NCBI GenBank assembly: GCA_002435905.1
Contig: DIWW01000002.1
Location: forward strand, 26,141 to 90,140
Direction of reading: 5' to 3'
DNA: 64,000 nucleotides
Origin: Peptococcaceae bacterium UBA6096
GTDB lineage: Bacteria > Bacillota > Peptococcia > DRI-13 > UBA5745
How positions within the stretch are numbered: position 1 is the first letter of the stretch; the number at the start of each line of letters is the position of its first letter. Under the pieces are notes generated by a model that worked only from the letters and a program-made list of their open reading frames with translations, was not told the DNA's origin and did not search any database. Shown here piece after piece: positions 40,351-48,633 of the stretch. The translations under genes and the position numbers were made by a program.

Positions 40351-40692
40351 ATGAGCGGCATTATGGACAAAATTGGGAAATTCATCGATGGGGCCAAAGA
40401 CAAAACGGAAGACACTGTGGAGGCGGCGAAGATCAAGGCCGAAGCTTTGAAAGATAAAGCAGAGGATGCTGTGGATGCAGCGAAGATCAAGGCGGAAGTC
40501 CTAAAAGACAAAGCAGAAGACACTGTGGAGGCAGCGAAGATCAAGGCGGAAGTTCTAAAAGACAAAGCAGAGGATGTCCTGGAAGATGCTAAGACAAAGG
40601 CCGAAACCTTGAAGGACAAAGTCGAAGACATCTTTGACAAAGAAGAAAAAAAGGAGGAGGCCGAAACATCGGCTGAACCCAAGGAAAAATAG
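40351..40692 (+). CDS. Small hydrophilic tandem-repeat protein (LEA/stress-protein-like)
   Basis: 113 aa. Four 18-aa repeats K-AED-V-AAKIKAE-LKD. Strong RBS GAGGAGGG. Confidence 0.7.
   Translation: MSGIMDKIGKFIDGAKDKTEDTVEAAKIKAEALKDKAEDAVDAAKIKAEVLKDKAEDTVEAAKIKAEVLKDKAEDVLEDAKTKAETLKDKVEDIFDKEEKKEEAETSAEPKEK
40408..40623 (+). repeat. 4 x 54-bp in-frame tandem repeat inside the CDS
   Basis: Units start at 40408, 40462, 40516 and 40570. Units 1 and 3 are nearly identical. Confidence 0.85.
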
Positions 40693-40754
40693 CCTGATCC
40701 ATACGGAACCGATCGGCAGGATGATATAAGAATGAGCATCGATTAAATCTTTAA

Positions 40755-40797
40755 GGGACGGGGGTTTTGTGCGGATTCCGCACAAAGCCCCCGTCCC
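40755..40797 (+). terminator. Long GC-rich hairpin (terminator-like, no U tract)
   Basis: GGGACGGGGGTTTTGTGCGGA-T-TCCGCACAAAGCCCCCGTCCC, a 21-bp stem with one G-U pair. Confidence 0.6.
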
Positions 40798-40815
40798 CCA
40801 AATAAGGAGGAGCCT

Positions 40816-42072
40816 ATGGCCAACGCAGTGCAATTTGTAAAACAGAGGATCATTGAAATGGAATCGATCCATTCCTTCACCGTCCTTGGAGATCCGGGCT
40901 GTGATGGATTAGGCACAGAAATCATGGCCACCTTCACCCAGGCTTTAAATCAGGCGTCCGGTGATTTTATCGTTGTCATTGGAGATATCGTTCCTTACGG
41001 CGCGGAGAATTTCTATCAAAACGCCATTGAACTTATGGAAAACCAGTGCAGGAAACCGATTTATATGCTATGCGGCAACCATGATACGGTGTTCTATGAT
41101 CAATATTTCGGATTTCGGGAATACGCCATCGTGGATCCGAAAACCCTGATCATCATGATGGATGATTCCAACCGCCATATTTCCCAGGACTCCCTGGAGC
41201 TTTTAGATTTGGCAACGGCCCGGTATCCCCGGGAAAATATAATCCTTATGATGCATATTCCGCCTCCGAACCAAAAAAATCCAAATTCGATCTCTGCAAA
41301 GGAGTGGCAGAAGGTCCAGGATATTTTGACCGCCAACAAGGTTCAGGATTCTTTGCGCTATATCGTCGCAGGCCATCTCCATTCCTATTACGAAGATGAT
41401 ATCCAGGGGGTCAGGCTCATCTGTTCCGGCGGCGGGGGTGCCAGAATCGAACCGCTTCCCGGCATTGATGCACCTTATCATCATAGAGTGGAGTTTGCAT
41501 ACAATGGCCAGGGCGTTCTTGAATTTCAGAAGCAGGATCTGCGTTACTGCAAGCCGGACTATCAGGATGAAGGCATCATGGAACGGCTTGAGGCAGCCTT
41601 CCGAAGCGAATGTATGGCCCATATAAGGTATCGGTTGTATGCAGAAGACGCTGAAAAAAGAGGCCTCGATCATCTGGCCAAATTATTCAGAGCGGCTGCT
41701 GACGCAGAGTTTTACCATGCCCGCAACCATCAATACACCTTGGCTGGCATCAAGGAACCTGCGGAGGCATTGATGGAAAGCATCCACTACGAAGCCCGGG
41801 AGATTTCCGAAATGTACCTTGAATCCCGGGAATACGCCCGGGAACGTAAGCTTGGCCTGCCCTTTTATTCCATCAATGATGCCTATGAGGCGGAAAAGGT
41901 CCATCACAGTCTGTTTCAAGAGGCGCTGACCCATATTTCCGCCGGTGAAGATATAGCCGAAGCCAATTATTACACCTGCACAAGCTGCGGTTACACCTTC
42001 TCCGGTGAAGAACACCCGGTTGCATGCCCGATCTGTGGTGCGCCCTATGATAAAATCAAATCCGTGCATTGA
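40816..42072 (+). CDS. Fusion protein: N-terminal metallophosphoesterase plus C-terminal rubrerythrin (ferritin-like diiron plus rubredoxin-type Cys4)
   Basis: N-terminal half has GDPGCDG, GDIVPYG, GNHD and GHLH. C-terminal half has ...ECMAHIRYRLYAEDAEKRG...AEFYHARNH...EAEKVHHSLF and CTSCGY...CPICG. Confidence 0.8.
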   Translation: MANAVQFVKQRIIEMESIHSFTVLGDPGCDGLGTEIMATFTQALNQASGDFIVVIGDIVPYGAENFYQNAIELMENQCRKPIYMLCGNHDTVFYDQYFGFREYAIVDPKTLIIMMDDSNRHISQDSLELLDLATARYPRENIILMMHIPPPNQKNPNSISAKEWQKVQDILTANKVQDSLRYIVAGHLHSYYEDDIQGVRLICSGGGGARIEPLPGIDAPYHHRVEFAYNGQGVLEFQKQDLRYCKPDYQDEGIMERLEAAFRSECMAHIRYRLYAEDAEKRGLDHLAKLFRAAADAEFYHARNHQYTLAGIKEPAEALMESIHYEAREISEMYLESREYARERKLGLPFYSINDAYEAEKVHHSLFQEALTHISAGEDIAEANYYTCTSCGYTFSGEEHPVACPICGAPYDKIKSVH

Positions 42073-42166
42073 CGGGGCAGCACATTTTGGTAATAATACA
42101 GGAATATAAGTATTCATTGCATTAAGGAAACCTTCTGTGGTAAAATAATATCCATAATAAAATAAA

Positions 42167-42207
42167 AGACAGTTCGAAATCCATCCTGTCTCTAAACAAA
42201 ACTAGGA
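42167..42207 (+). promoter_or_regulatory. preQ1-I riboswitch aptamer
   Basis: AGACAGUUCGAAAUCCAUCCUGUCUCUAAACAAAACUAGGA: a 5-bp P1 stem (GACAG/CUGUC), a loop with UUC, and an A-rich tail ending in ACUAGG. It sits upstream of queT-queF. Confidence 0.75.
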
Positions 42208-42221
42208 CTATTCAACGAATG

Positions 42222-42251
42222 AAATGGTACCTATGTACCATTTTTTTTTTG
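42222..42251 (+). terminator. Riboswitch expression-platform terminator
   Basis: AAATGGTAC-CTAT-GTACCATTT followed by T9. Confidence 0.75.
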
Positions 42252-42310
42252 TTGCTTGAAATGGTTTTTTCGGACGCGCTCTTTTATTTTCAAATGAAAG
42301 GAGCCTGTCT

Positions 42311-42802
42311 ATGCAGAACATTTCAACCCCCAAAGCTTCCATGATCACAGCCACAAAGAAGCTCACCTTTTCAGGAATCACCATGGCTGTCTATGTGATC
42401 ATGATGTTCATCAATCAAACCTTTGCCTTCGGTCAATACCAAATCCGTTTTGCCACCAGTTTGTATGCCCTGGCGGCGATTCATCCCTTTTTGATCCTGC
42501 CATTAGGTCTTGCCAATTTCCTGAGCAACACCCTGATGGGAGGGCTTGGGCCCATGGATATGCTGGGCGGCTTTGCGGTAGGTATCCTGACGGCAGCCGG
42601 CTGCTATTTTGCCCGCAAAATCGATATCCTTCTGGTTTCGATTCCCATATTGCTGATTCCCACGCTGATGGTGCCGATCTGGCTTTCCTATCTGCTCCAG
42701 GTGCCCTATGGTGTTCTTGCCCTAAGCCTGGGGATCGGACAGATCCTTCCAAGCATCCTCGGTGTCCTTCTGGTAAAGCATCTGGAGAAAATACTTTCAT
42801 AG
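42311..42802 (+). CDS. queT: Queuosine-precursor transporter QueT
   Basis: 163-aa, 5-TM protein with a QueT-like sequence (..FGQYQIRFATSLYALA..). preQ1 riboswitch upstream and queF downstream. Confidence 0.8.
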   Translation: MQNISTPKASMITATKKLTFSGITMAVYVIMMFINQTFAFGQYQIRFATSLYALAAIHPFLILPLGLANFLSNTLMGGLGPMDMLGGFAVGILTAAGCYFARKIDILLVSIPILLIPTLMVPIWLSYLLQVPYGVLALSLGIGQILPSILGVLLVKHLEKILS

Positions 42803-42817
42803 ATTACGGGAGGTTCC

Positions 42818-43312
42818 ATGCCAAATACAAAAAATACAAAGGAAGGATTATCCTTTCTCGGGAATCAGGACGTTCCTTATCGATACGAATATGACCCGGG
42901 GATCCTGGAACGATTCGAAAACAAACATCAGGCAAACGATTATTTCGTTAAATTCAACTGCCCGGAATTCACCAGTCTGTGTCCCATCACCGGACAGCCG
43001 GACTTTGCTTCGATCTATATTTCCTATGTGCCGGATGTTTTGATGGTGGAAAGCAAATCCTTAAAACTGTACTTGTTCAGTTATAGGAACCACGGGGACT
43101 TCCACGAAAACTGCATCAACACCATCATGAAGGATCTCATCGCGCTGATGGATCCCAAGTATATCGAGGTTTGGGGGAAATTCACCCCAAGGGGCGGTAT
43201 TTCTATCGATCCCTTTTGCAACTATGGCAAACCAGGCACGGCGTGGGAGACAACGGCTGCAAAAAGGCTGCATTGGCATGATATGTATCCGGAAAATGTG
43301 GATAACCGGTAA
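42818..43312 (+). CDS. queF: NADPH-dependent 7-cyano-7-deazaguanine (preQ0) reductase QueF, type I
   Basis: [20 protein letters not shown] (catalytic Cys and QueF motif) and [17 protein letters not shown]. Confidence 0.9.
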   Translation: MPNTKNTKEGLSFLGNQDVPYRYEYDPGILERFENKHQANDYFVKFNCPEFTSLCPITGQPDFASIYISYVPDVLMVESKSLKLYLFSYRNHGDFHENCINTIMKDLIALMDPKYIEVWGKFTPRGGISIDPFCNYGKPGTAWETTAAKRLHWHDMYPENVDNR

Positions 43313-43357
43313 TCTCTACGATAGACCAGATTTCAATTCATTCTCCTCTGAACGCAA

Positions 43358-43391
43358 AAAGCCTGCCAGATACAATTGCCTGGCAGGCTTT
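43358..43391. terminator. Bidirectional terminator between convergent genes
   Basis: AAAGCCTGCCAG-loop-CTGGCAGGCTTT. Confidence 0.8.
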
Positions 43392-43409
43392 CATTGTGGT
43401 GCGGGATAA

Positions 43410-44438
43410 TTAGACAGAGGGCGTTTTTTCCGTAAAAAGCTTTTCGTAAAGCTCGAAAAATTTGGTTTTGCCTCTCAGCAGGGGATTGACAGCGGCTCTT
43501 TTTAAGGCTTTTAATAGGGCATCCGTGATTCGCCTTGAATTATCCATCACGATGCTGCCCAGCATACCGCAGGCTTGGGCGGTTGCCGCTCTCCCCACGG
43601 AACGGGGCTCGATTTTGGTTAGACTCCGGCAATAGGTTTGGGCGACGATCCCGACCCGAAGGGTCAGAATCGTATTTAAGCCGCCTTCCATCAGTGAATC
43701 GGCAATAAAAGAGCCCACATAACTGATGCCCGGGATAATGGTTCCAACCGTGCCGCCGAAGAGGGAAGTCAGGATCGGTTCCAGCTGATCGGCAATCAGA
43801 TCAATGTCATCGATTTGCCTGGCAAGCAGCACGGTGGCGAAGACGTTGGCATAAAGCTTGGTCAGATCCCGGATGGCCGGACGCTGGTTGTACAGCATCG
43901 AAATCTGCCAGACCAGCTTCATGATGGTGACGAGCACGAACAGGCTGTCCAGAGAGCCGTTCTGTGAGATGGCCGTGGTAAGAAAAACCTCCGAACCGTG
44001 GCGCTTGATCAGGCCACGGCTTCGTTCGTCCAGACGTTTCAATGCCTCGTTGATTGAATCCAATTCAGACATACTGGGGTCCCAAATGTAGTTCTGGCTT
44101 TTCAGGTATTTGTTCTTGCCCAACCGCTGCTTCAGTCTGGAAAGATAAAGAGCGTAGGCTTCCTCATCGCTGGTATCCGGAATCGGCAAGGGTTTGTCGA
44201 GACGGGCCAGGAGAAGAAGGGTGCCGATCACCGCAGCAAGACCCAGCAGAAGAAAGATGGCCAGCAAGATCTGGCCGAAGACCGGATGGATGGACATGGC
44301 CAATTGAACAAGCTGTGCCGCCTGATTGATCATAATGATCAGGAAGGAAAACAGCAGGATCGCTGCTACGGTCAGAAGTAAATTTTTGTAGGGATCAAAG
44401 GTCCCAGAAATCTTAGGTTCTTCGGTTGGTTTCGCCAT
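43410..44438 (-). CDS. DUF697/YcjF-like membrane protein
   Basis: 342 aa. Two N-terminal TM helices, then a region resembling YcjF-family proteins (..LVWQISMLYNQRP..LTLRVGIVAQTYCR). Family assignment is from memory only. Confidence 0.55.
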   Translation of the reverse strand: MAKPTEEPKISGTFDPYKNLLLTVAAILLFSFLIIMINQAAQLVQLAMSIHPVFGQILLAIFLLLGLAAVIGTLLLLARLDKPLPIPDTSDEEAYALYLSRLKQRLGKNKYLKSQNYIWDPSMSELDSINEALKRLDERSRGLIKRHGSEVFLTTAISQNGSLDSLFVLVTIMKLVWQISMLYNQRPAIRDLTKLYANVFATVLLARQIDDIDLIADQLEPILTSLFGGTVGTIIPGISYVGSFIADSLMEGGLNTILTLRVGIVAQTYCRSLTKIEPRSVGRAATAQACGMLGSIVMDNSRRITDALLKALKRAAVNPLLRGKTKFFELYEKLFTEKTPSV

Positions 44439-44613
44439 GATGGGATACCTCCTTCAAGACTGGTTCCTTCGTAGGTTCCCTTTCATTTTATCATCTTGAC
44501 CGGATTGCCACAATGATGGATCCCGGAGCGATCTTGGATTCGCCCTCGCGGGGGAAGAATAAGAGTCCTAAAAAAGGAACCCTCTCTCGTATTAATAGGA
44601 TGTTTATATTATA

Positions 44614-46629
44614 ATGGGCAAAAGACTGTTGGTAAAAGAAGGGATGGGCTCCGTGAATCAAAGAATCCGATCGATTGTATCCTATGTTTGTCTGATAACG
44701 CTATTTTCAGTATCGGCGATCTCTCTTGCCGCAAAAACAGCCGCTGCTGAAACGGGAGAGGCCATTACGATCCTTTTTACCCATGATTTGCATGACCATT
44801 TGCTGCCGGTGAAGGACCTGCAGGATGGACGCATTGGATATACGGGCGGTTTTGCCAGGCTCGACAGCGCAATTGAGTCTGAGCTGGTGAACCATCCGGA
44901 GGCTTTGCTGGTGGACGCGGGGGATTTCTCCATGGGGACACCCTTTCAGACCATTTTCTCCAGCGATGCGCCGGAATTAAGGATCATGGGCGAAATCGGT
45001 TATGACGTGGTGACTTTCGGCAATCATGAATTCGATTACCGCGCTTCCGGCCTGGCGGAAAGCTTGCAGAGTGCCAAAGCCAGCCAGGCGGTTTTGCCGC
45101 AGATCGTACAGTCCAATACAGAATTTCCGGCGGATGCCCAGGGAAACCTGACATCTTCCTTAAGCGCGCTGAAGGCAGCTTATGAGGCTTGTGATGTGAA
45201 GGAATACACCATCATCGAAAAGAATGGGGTCCGGATCGGTGTTTTTGCTTTGATGGGCGAGGATGCAGCTTCCAACGCACCCAAGTCGGAGGTAGTGTTT
45301 GCGGATCCGATTGCAAATGCCCAAAGGGTTGTTAAGTTGCTGCAACAGGAGAACGTGGATCTGATCCTCTGCCTTTCCCACAGCGGGACCTGGCCAAAGG
45401 CCTCAGACTCCGAGGATGAGGTCCTTGCGAATAAAGTGCCGGAGATCGATGTGATCATCAGCGCCCATACCCATACCAAGCTGACCGAACCGATCGTAGC
45501 CGGTGACACCCTCATCGTTTCCGGTGAAGACAGCTGCCGCTATCTCGGGGCCCTTGATCTGGTCTGGGAGGGCGATGGCCGATGGAAACCGGTCCGTTAT
45601 GATCTCCGAAGGATCGATGAGGGTCTGGCGGAGGACAGCCGCATTGCGGGCATGGTCCAGGATTACAAAGAGAAGGTGCAAAAGGCTTATTTTGACCGGT
45701 TTGATCTGCAGTATGACCGGGTATTGGCTGTTTCACCCTATAATTTCCAGAATATCAACAGCCTTCTGAAAACCCATCAGGAGGATCCGCTGGGCAATCT
45801 GATCAGCGATGCCTATCGATATGCCGTCCAGTTGGCGGAGGGATCCGAATATCAGCCCGTGGATGCGGCCATTGTTCCGGTGGGCACCATCCGTGGAACT
45901 TTTTTCAAAGGGGACATCACGGCAGCCGACGCCTTTACCGTCAGTTCACTGGGGATCGGGGCGGATAAGATACCAGGATACCCCTTGATTTCTGTTTATT
46001 TGACTGGGAAAGAACTGAAAACAGTCTGCGAGGTGGATGCTTCGATCTCCCCCATGATGGAAGAAGCCCAACTGTTTATGTCGGGACTGGAATTTACCTT
46101 CAATCCCAAGCGGATGATTTTCAACAAGGTGACAGAGGCTTCACTGCGGAAGCCCGATGGCGGCGTGGAAGCCATCGAGGATCAAGAGCTGTATCGGGTG
46201 GTGGTGGGTCTTTATTCCGCTCAAATGTTGTCGATCGTTGGGGATGAATCCTACGGGCTGCTTTCGATCGTTCCAAAAACGGAGGATGGGACGCCGATCA
46301 CCGATTTTGAGGCGCAGATCATTCATGAAACGACAGACGGTGTCACCACTGAAATCAAAGAATGGCAGGCCATCGCCTGGTATCTTCAGTCTTTTGAATC
46401 GGTGGACGGCGTTGCCCAGGTCCCTGAATACTATGCCGGCCCCCATGACCGGAAAGTAATGGATGGCAATACCAATCTCCTCGCATTGTTAAGCCAGCCC
46501 AACGGCATTGCCCTTGGCGTTTATGGCGCCGCCGCGGCGCTTATCCTTCTAGGCATTTTTCTCGTCACGAAAATCACTTCTTTCTCTAAGCGAAAGGCGC
46601 AGAAGCGGGCTGAGGCAAGGAGAAAGTAA
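44614..46629 (+). CDS. Secreted 5'-nucleotidase/metallophosphoesterase with C-terminal TM anchor
   Basis: Contains HDLHDH, GDFSMG and GNHEFDY, plus a 5'-nucleotidase C-terminal domain. Ends in the hydrophobic stretch GVYGAAAALILLGIFLV followed by a basic tail. The start may be an internal ATG. Confidence 0.8.
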   Translation: MGKRLLVKEGMGSVNQRIRSIVSYVCLITLFSVSAISLAAKTAAAETGEAITILFTHDLHDHLLPVKDLQDGRIGYTGGFARLDSAIESELVNHPEALLVDAGDFSMGTPFQTIFSSDAPELRIMGEIGYDVVTFGNHEFDYRASGLAESLQSAKASQAVLPQIVQSNTEFPADAQGNLTSSLSALKAAYEACDVKEYTIIEKNGVRIGVFALMGEDAASNAPKSEVVFADPIANAQRVVKLLQQENVDLILCLSHSGTWPKASDSEDEVLANKVPEIDVIISAHTHTKLTEPIVAGDTLIVSGEDSCRYLGALDLVWEGDGRWKPVRYDLRRIDEGLAEDSRIAGMVQDYKEKVQKAYFDRFDLQYDRVLAVSPYNFQNINSLLKTHQEDPLGNLISDAYRYAVQLAEGSEYQPVDAAIVPVGTIRGTFFKGDITAADAFTVSSLGIGADKIPGYPLISVYLTGKELKTVCEVDASISPMMEEAQLFMSGLEFTFNPKRMIFNKVTEASLRKPDGGVEAIEDQELYRVVVGLYSAQMLSIVGDESYGLLSIVPKTEDGTPITDFEAQIIHETTDGVTTEIKEWQAIAWYLQSFESVDGVAQVPEYYAGPHDRKVMDGNTNLLALLSQPNGIALGVYGAAAALILLGIFLVTKITSFSKRKAQKRAEARRK

Positions 46630-46634
46630 CAACA

Positions 46635-46664
46635 TTGCAGGCAATCAAAAGAAAATGTTATAAT
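46635..46664 (+). promoter_or_regulatory. SigA-type promoter of the sigma-54 activator gene
   Basis: TTGCAG (46635-46640), 18-nt spacer, TG-extended TATAAT (TGTTATAAT 46656-46664). Confidence 0.6.
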
Positions 46665-46710
46665 GACAACGTTTAGGATTTATGATCCATATGGCTAGAA
46701 AGGAATTGCA

Positions 46711-48303
46711 ATGACGCAGCTCAGCGAAATTTGTAACAGACTTAAAATCATTGCAGAAATCTGCGAAGGATACGCAACCATAACAGACCTGCATGGAATG
46801 CGGCTCCATACCTTTGACAGCAACGGTCGGGAACTGGAAGACATGAAGGATAAAGTGTATGATTTGGCTAAGCTGGCCGGTGAAACCGGGGAGATCCAGA
46901 TCGGCAAGTCCCAAATCGCCCAAGACGCCCAGACCTGGGCGATTCCCTGGGGGCAATATGTGATTGCAGCCAGCAACATTTCAAAAATGGAAAGAGACGT
47001 CAGACTGCAGCAATCCCTGTCAAACGCCCTCCCTTTTATAGCCCGGGTGGTGGGCGGAGAGGCTGTTATCTTTAACAAAGACGGGATGCGGATCATGAGC
47101 GTGGATGCCAGCGGTGTGACCAATCTGAATTATGTCGGCACCATCAGCAACTCCGCGAAACGGGCTATGGAGGAGCAGATGCCCACCTTCGGGCAATCGA
47201 CGTCGACCCAGGGCGCTTTGGCTGTCCGAGTTCCGATCACAAAAAACTTTGGGTTGGGATTCAACAATGAACTGACGGTGAAAAATGAAAACAGACTGTT
47301 TGAAGAGGTCAAGAAATATCAATCGGCGCGCTACACCCTCAAAGACATCATCGGAGAAAGTGAAAAAATTACCAGAGTCAAAAACCTGTGTTTGAACGCA
47401 TCCAAGGCCTCATCGATCCTGTTGTATGGAGAAACCGGTACCGGGAAAGAACTGTTCGCCCAGGCGATCCATAATACCAGTGAGCGCAGGAGCAAGCCAT
47501 TTGTCGCAATCAACTGCGGAGCGATCCCGGCCTCCATCATTGAAAGCTATTTGTTTGGTTATTCCGGCGGTGCCTTTACCGGCGCCAAAAAAGAAGGCAA
47601 CATTGGTGCTTTTGAACAGGCGAATCATGGCACCATTTTTTTAGATGAGATCAGTGAGATGCCCATGGATCTGCAAAGCAAACTTTTGCGCGTCCTGCAG
47701 GAAAAAGAAGTCATGCGTGTCGGTGATTTTAATCCCATCAAGCTGGATGTCCGCATCATCAGTTCCTCCAACCGGGATCTTATGAAAGCTGTCAATGAAG
47801 GCAGATTCCGCGAAGACCTTTATTATCGGATCAATGTCATCGAAATCAGAATCCCGCCGCTGCGTGAACGCAAGGACGATATCCCGCTGTTGGTCAGGCA
47901 TTTTATCGATGATTTCAACCGGGTCCTGGGTAAATTTGTGCTTTCGGTGGATCAGGATGCTATCGATATCCTGATGGAATATGACTGGCGGGGCAATGTG
48001 CGGGAACTCAAGAGCTGCATTGAGAGAGCCATGAACTTAGTGGATGTGAACAACAGCACCATCAAAGCGATCCATCTGCCCCCTTATTTGATGGAGCAAA
48101 GCGAGAATGCGTTGATCATACCCCGGCAGCCTATAGAATCCTTGAAAGAACAGGTTCAAAGAACGGAGACGGCTGCCATAAAAAACGCTCTGCGAAGGGC
48201 CGGTCAATCAAAAAAAGAAGCTGCCGAATTGCTGGGGATCAGTACCATTACCCTGTGGCGGAAAATCAAGGAATACAAGTTGGAATCCTTGGAGGAAGAC
48301 TAA
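46711..48303 (+). CDS. Sigma-54-dependent transcriptional activator (bEBP) with ~210-aa N-terminal sensory region and C-terminal Fis-type HTH
   Basis: AAA+ core: Walker A GETGTGKE, GAFTGA loop, ESYLFGY, RFREDLYYRI. C-terminal HTH: SKKEAAELLGISTITLWRKIKEY. Confidence 0.9.
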   Translation: MTQLSEICNRLKIIAEICEGYATITDLHGMRLHTFDSNGRELEDMKDKVYDLAKLAGETGEIQIGKSQIAQDAQTWAIPWGQYVIAASNISKMERDVRLQQSLSNALPFIARVVGGEAVIFNKDGMRIMSVDASGVTNLNYVGTISNSAKRAMEEQMPTFGQSTSTQGALAVRVPITKNFGLGFNNELTVKNENRLFEEVKKYQSARYTLKDIIGESEKITRVKNLCLNASKASSILLYGETGTGKELFAQAIHNTSERRSKPFVAINCGAIPASIIESYLFGYSGGAFTGAKKEGNIGAFEQANHGTIFLDEISEMPMDLQSKLLRVLQEKEVMRVGDFNPIKLDVRIISSSNRDLMKAVNEGRFREDLYYRINVIEIRIPPLRERKDDIPLLVRHFIDDFNRVLGKFVLSVDQDAIDILMEYDWRGNVRELKSCIERAMNLVDVNNSTIKAIHLPPYLMEQSENALIIPRQPIESLKEQVQRTETAAIKNALRRAGQSKKEAAELLGISTITLWRKIKEYKLESLEED

Positions 48304-48395
48304 AACAGACCATTTCAAATCTGCAATGAGCATTACAAAAATGAAATAGCCCTAAAACTCAACGCCCACGAGCATCTCAATGAAGGCCCTACGCG

Positions 48396-48438
48396 AACAA
48401 GAAAAAACATTTCAAAAGTGAAATGTTTTTTCTTGTTT
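48396..48438 (+). terminator. Terminator of the activator gene (A-tract/stem/T-tract hairpin)
   Basis: AACAAGAAAAAACATTTCA-AAAG-TGAAATGTTTTTTCTTGTT. Confidence 0.7.
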
Positions 48439-48553
48439 TAAGGCGGATGCAAGGGGGTTAAATGTCAACATTATAATATCAGAATATTCAAACACTTAAA
48501 TATTTGGGATATAGCAAGGACTTTGTTAAGAAAATTTGGCAATTCGTTAAATT

Positions 48554-48569
48554 TGGCACGCTTCCTGCA
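48554..48569 (+). promoter_or_regulatory. Sigma-54 (-24/-12) promoter
   Basis: TGGCACgcttcCTGCA compared with the consensus TGGCAC-N5-TTGCA. The GG and GC dinucleotides are correctly spaced. It lies ~65 nt upstream of the enamidase ATG and ~250 nt downstream of the bEBP gene. Confidence 0.8.
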
Positions 48570-48633
48570 TAGTAATAGTGAAGATGCATTCCCGAGCATA
48601 ACTCGGTTAAATCAGCGAAAGGGGATTATTTTT

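Noticed and set aside
40329-40739. 136-aa minus-strand ORF with its own Ser/Ala repeat.
   Set aside because: It is a mirror image of the 54-bp tandem repeat. The plus-strand ORF has the strong RBS (GAGGAGGG) and is followed by the terminator-like hairpin in the correct orientation.
48523-48633. The ORF-track N-terminal extension of the enamidase ORF, and similar extensions at 10582, 16305, 17126, 19449, 21737, 22668, 28297, 30646, 38010, 51266 and 52044.
   Set aside because: These extensions lack RBSs and run over promoters, terminators or the preceding gene. Internal ATGs with canonical GGAGG-type RBSs give N-termini that fit signal peptides, lipoboxes or family norms.
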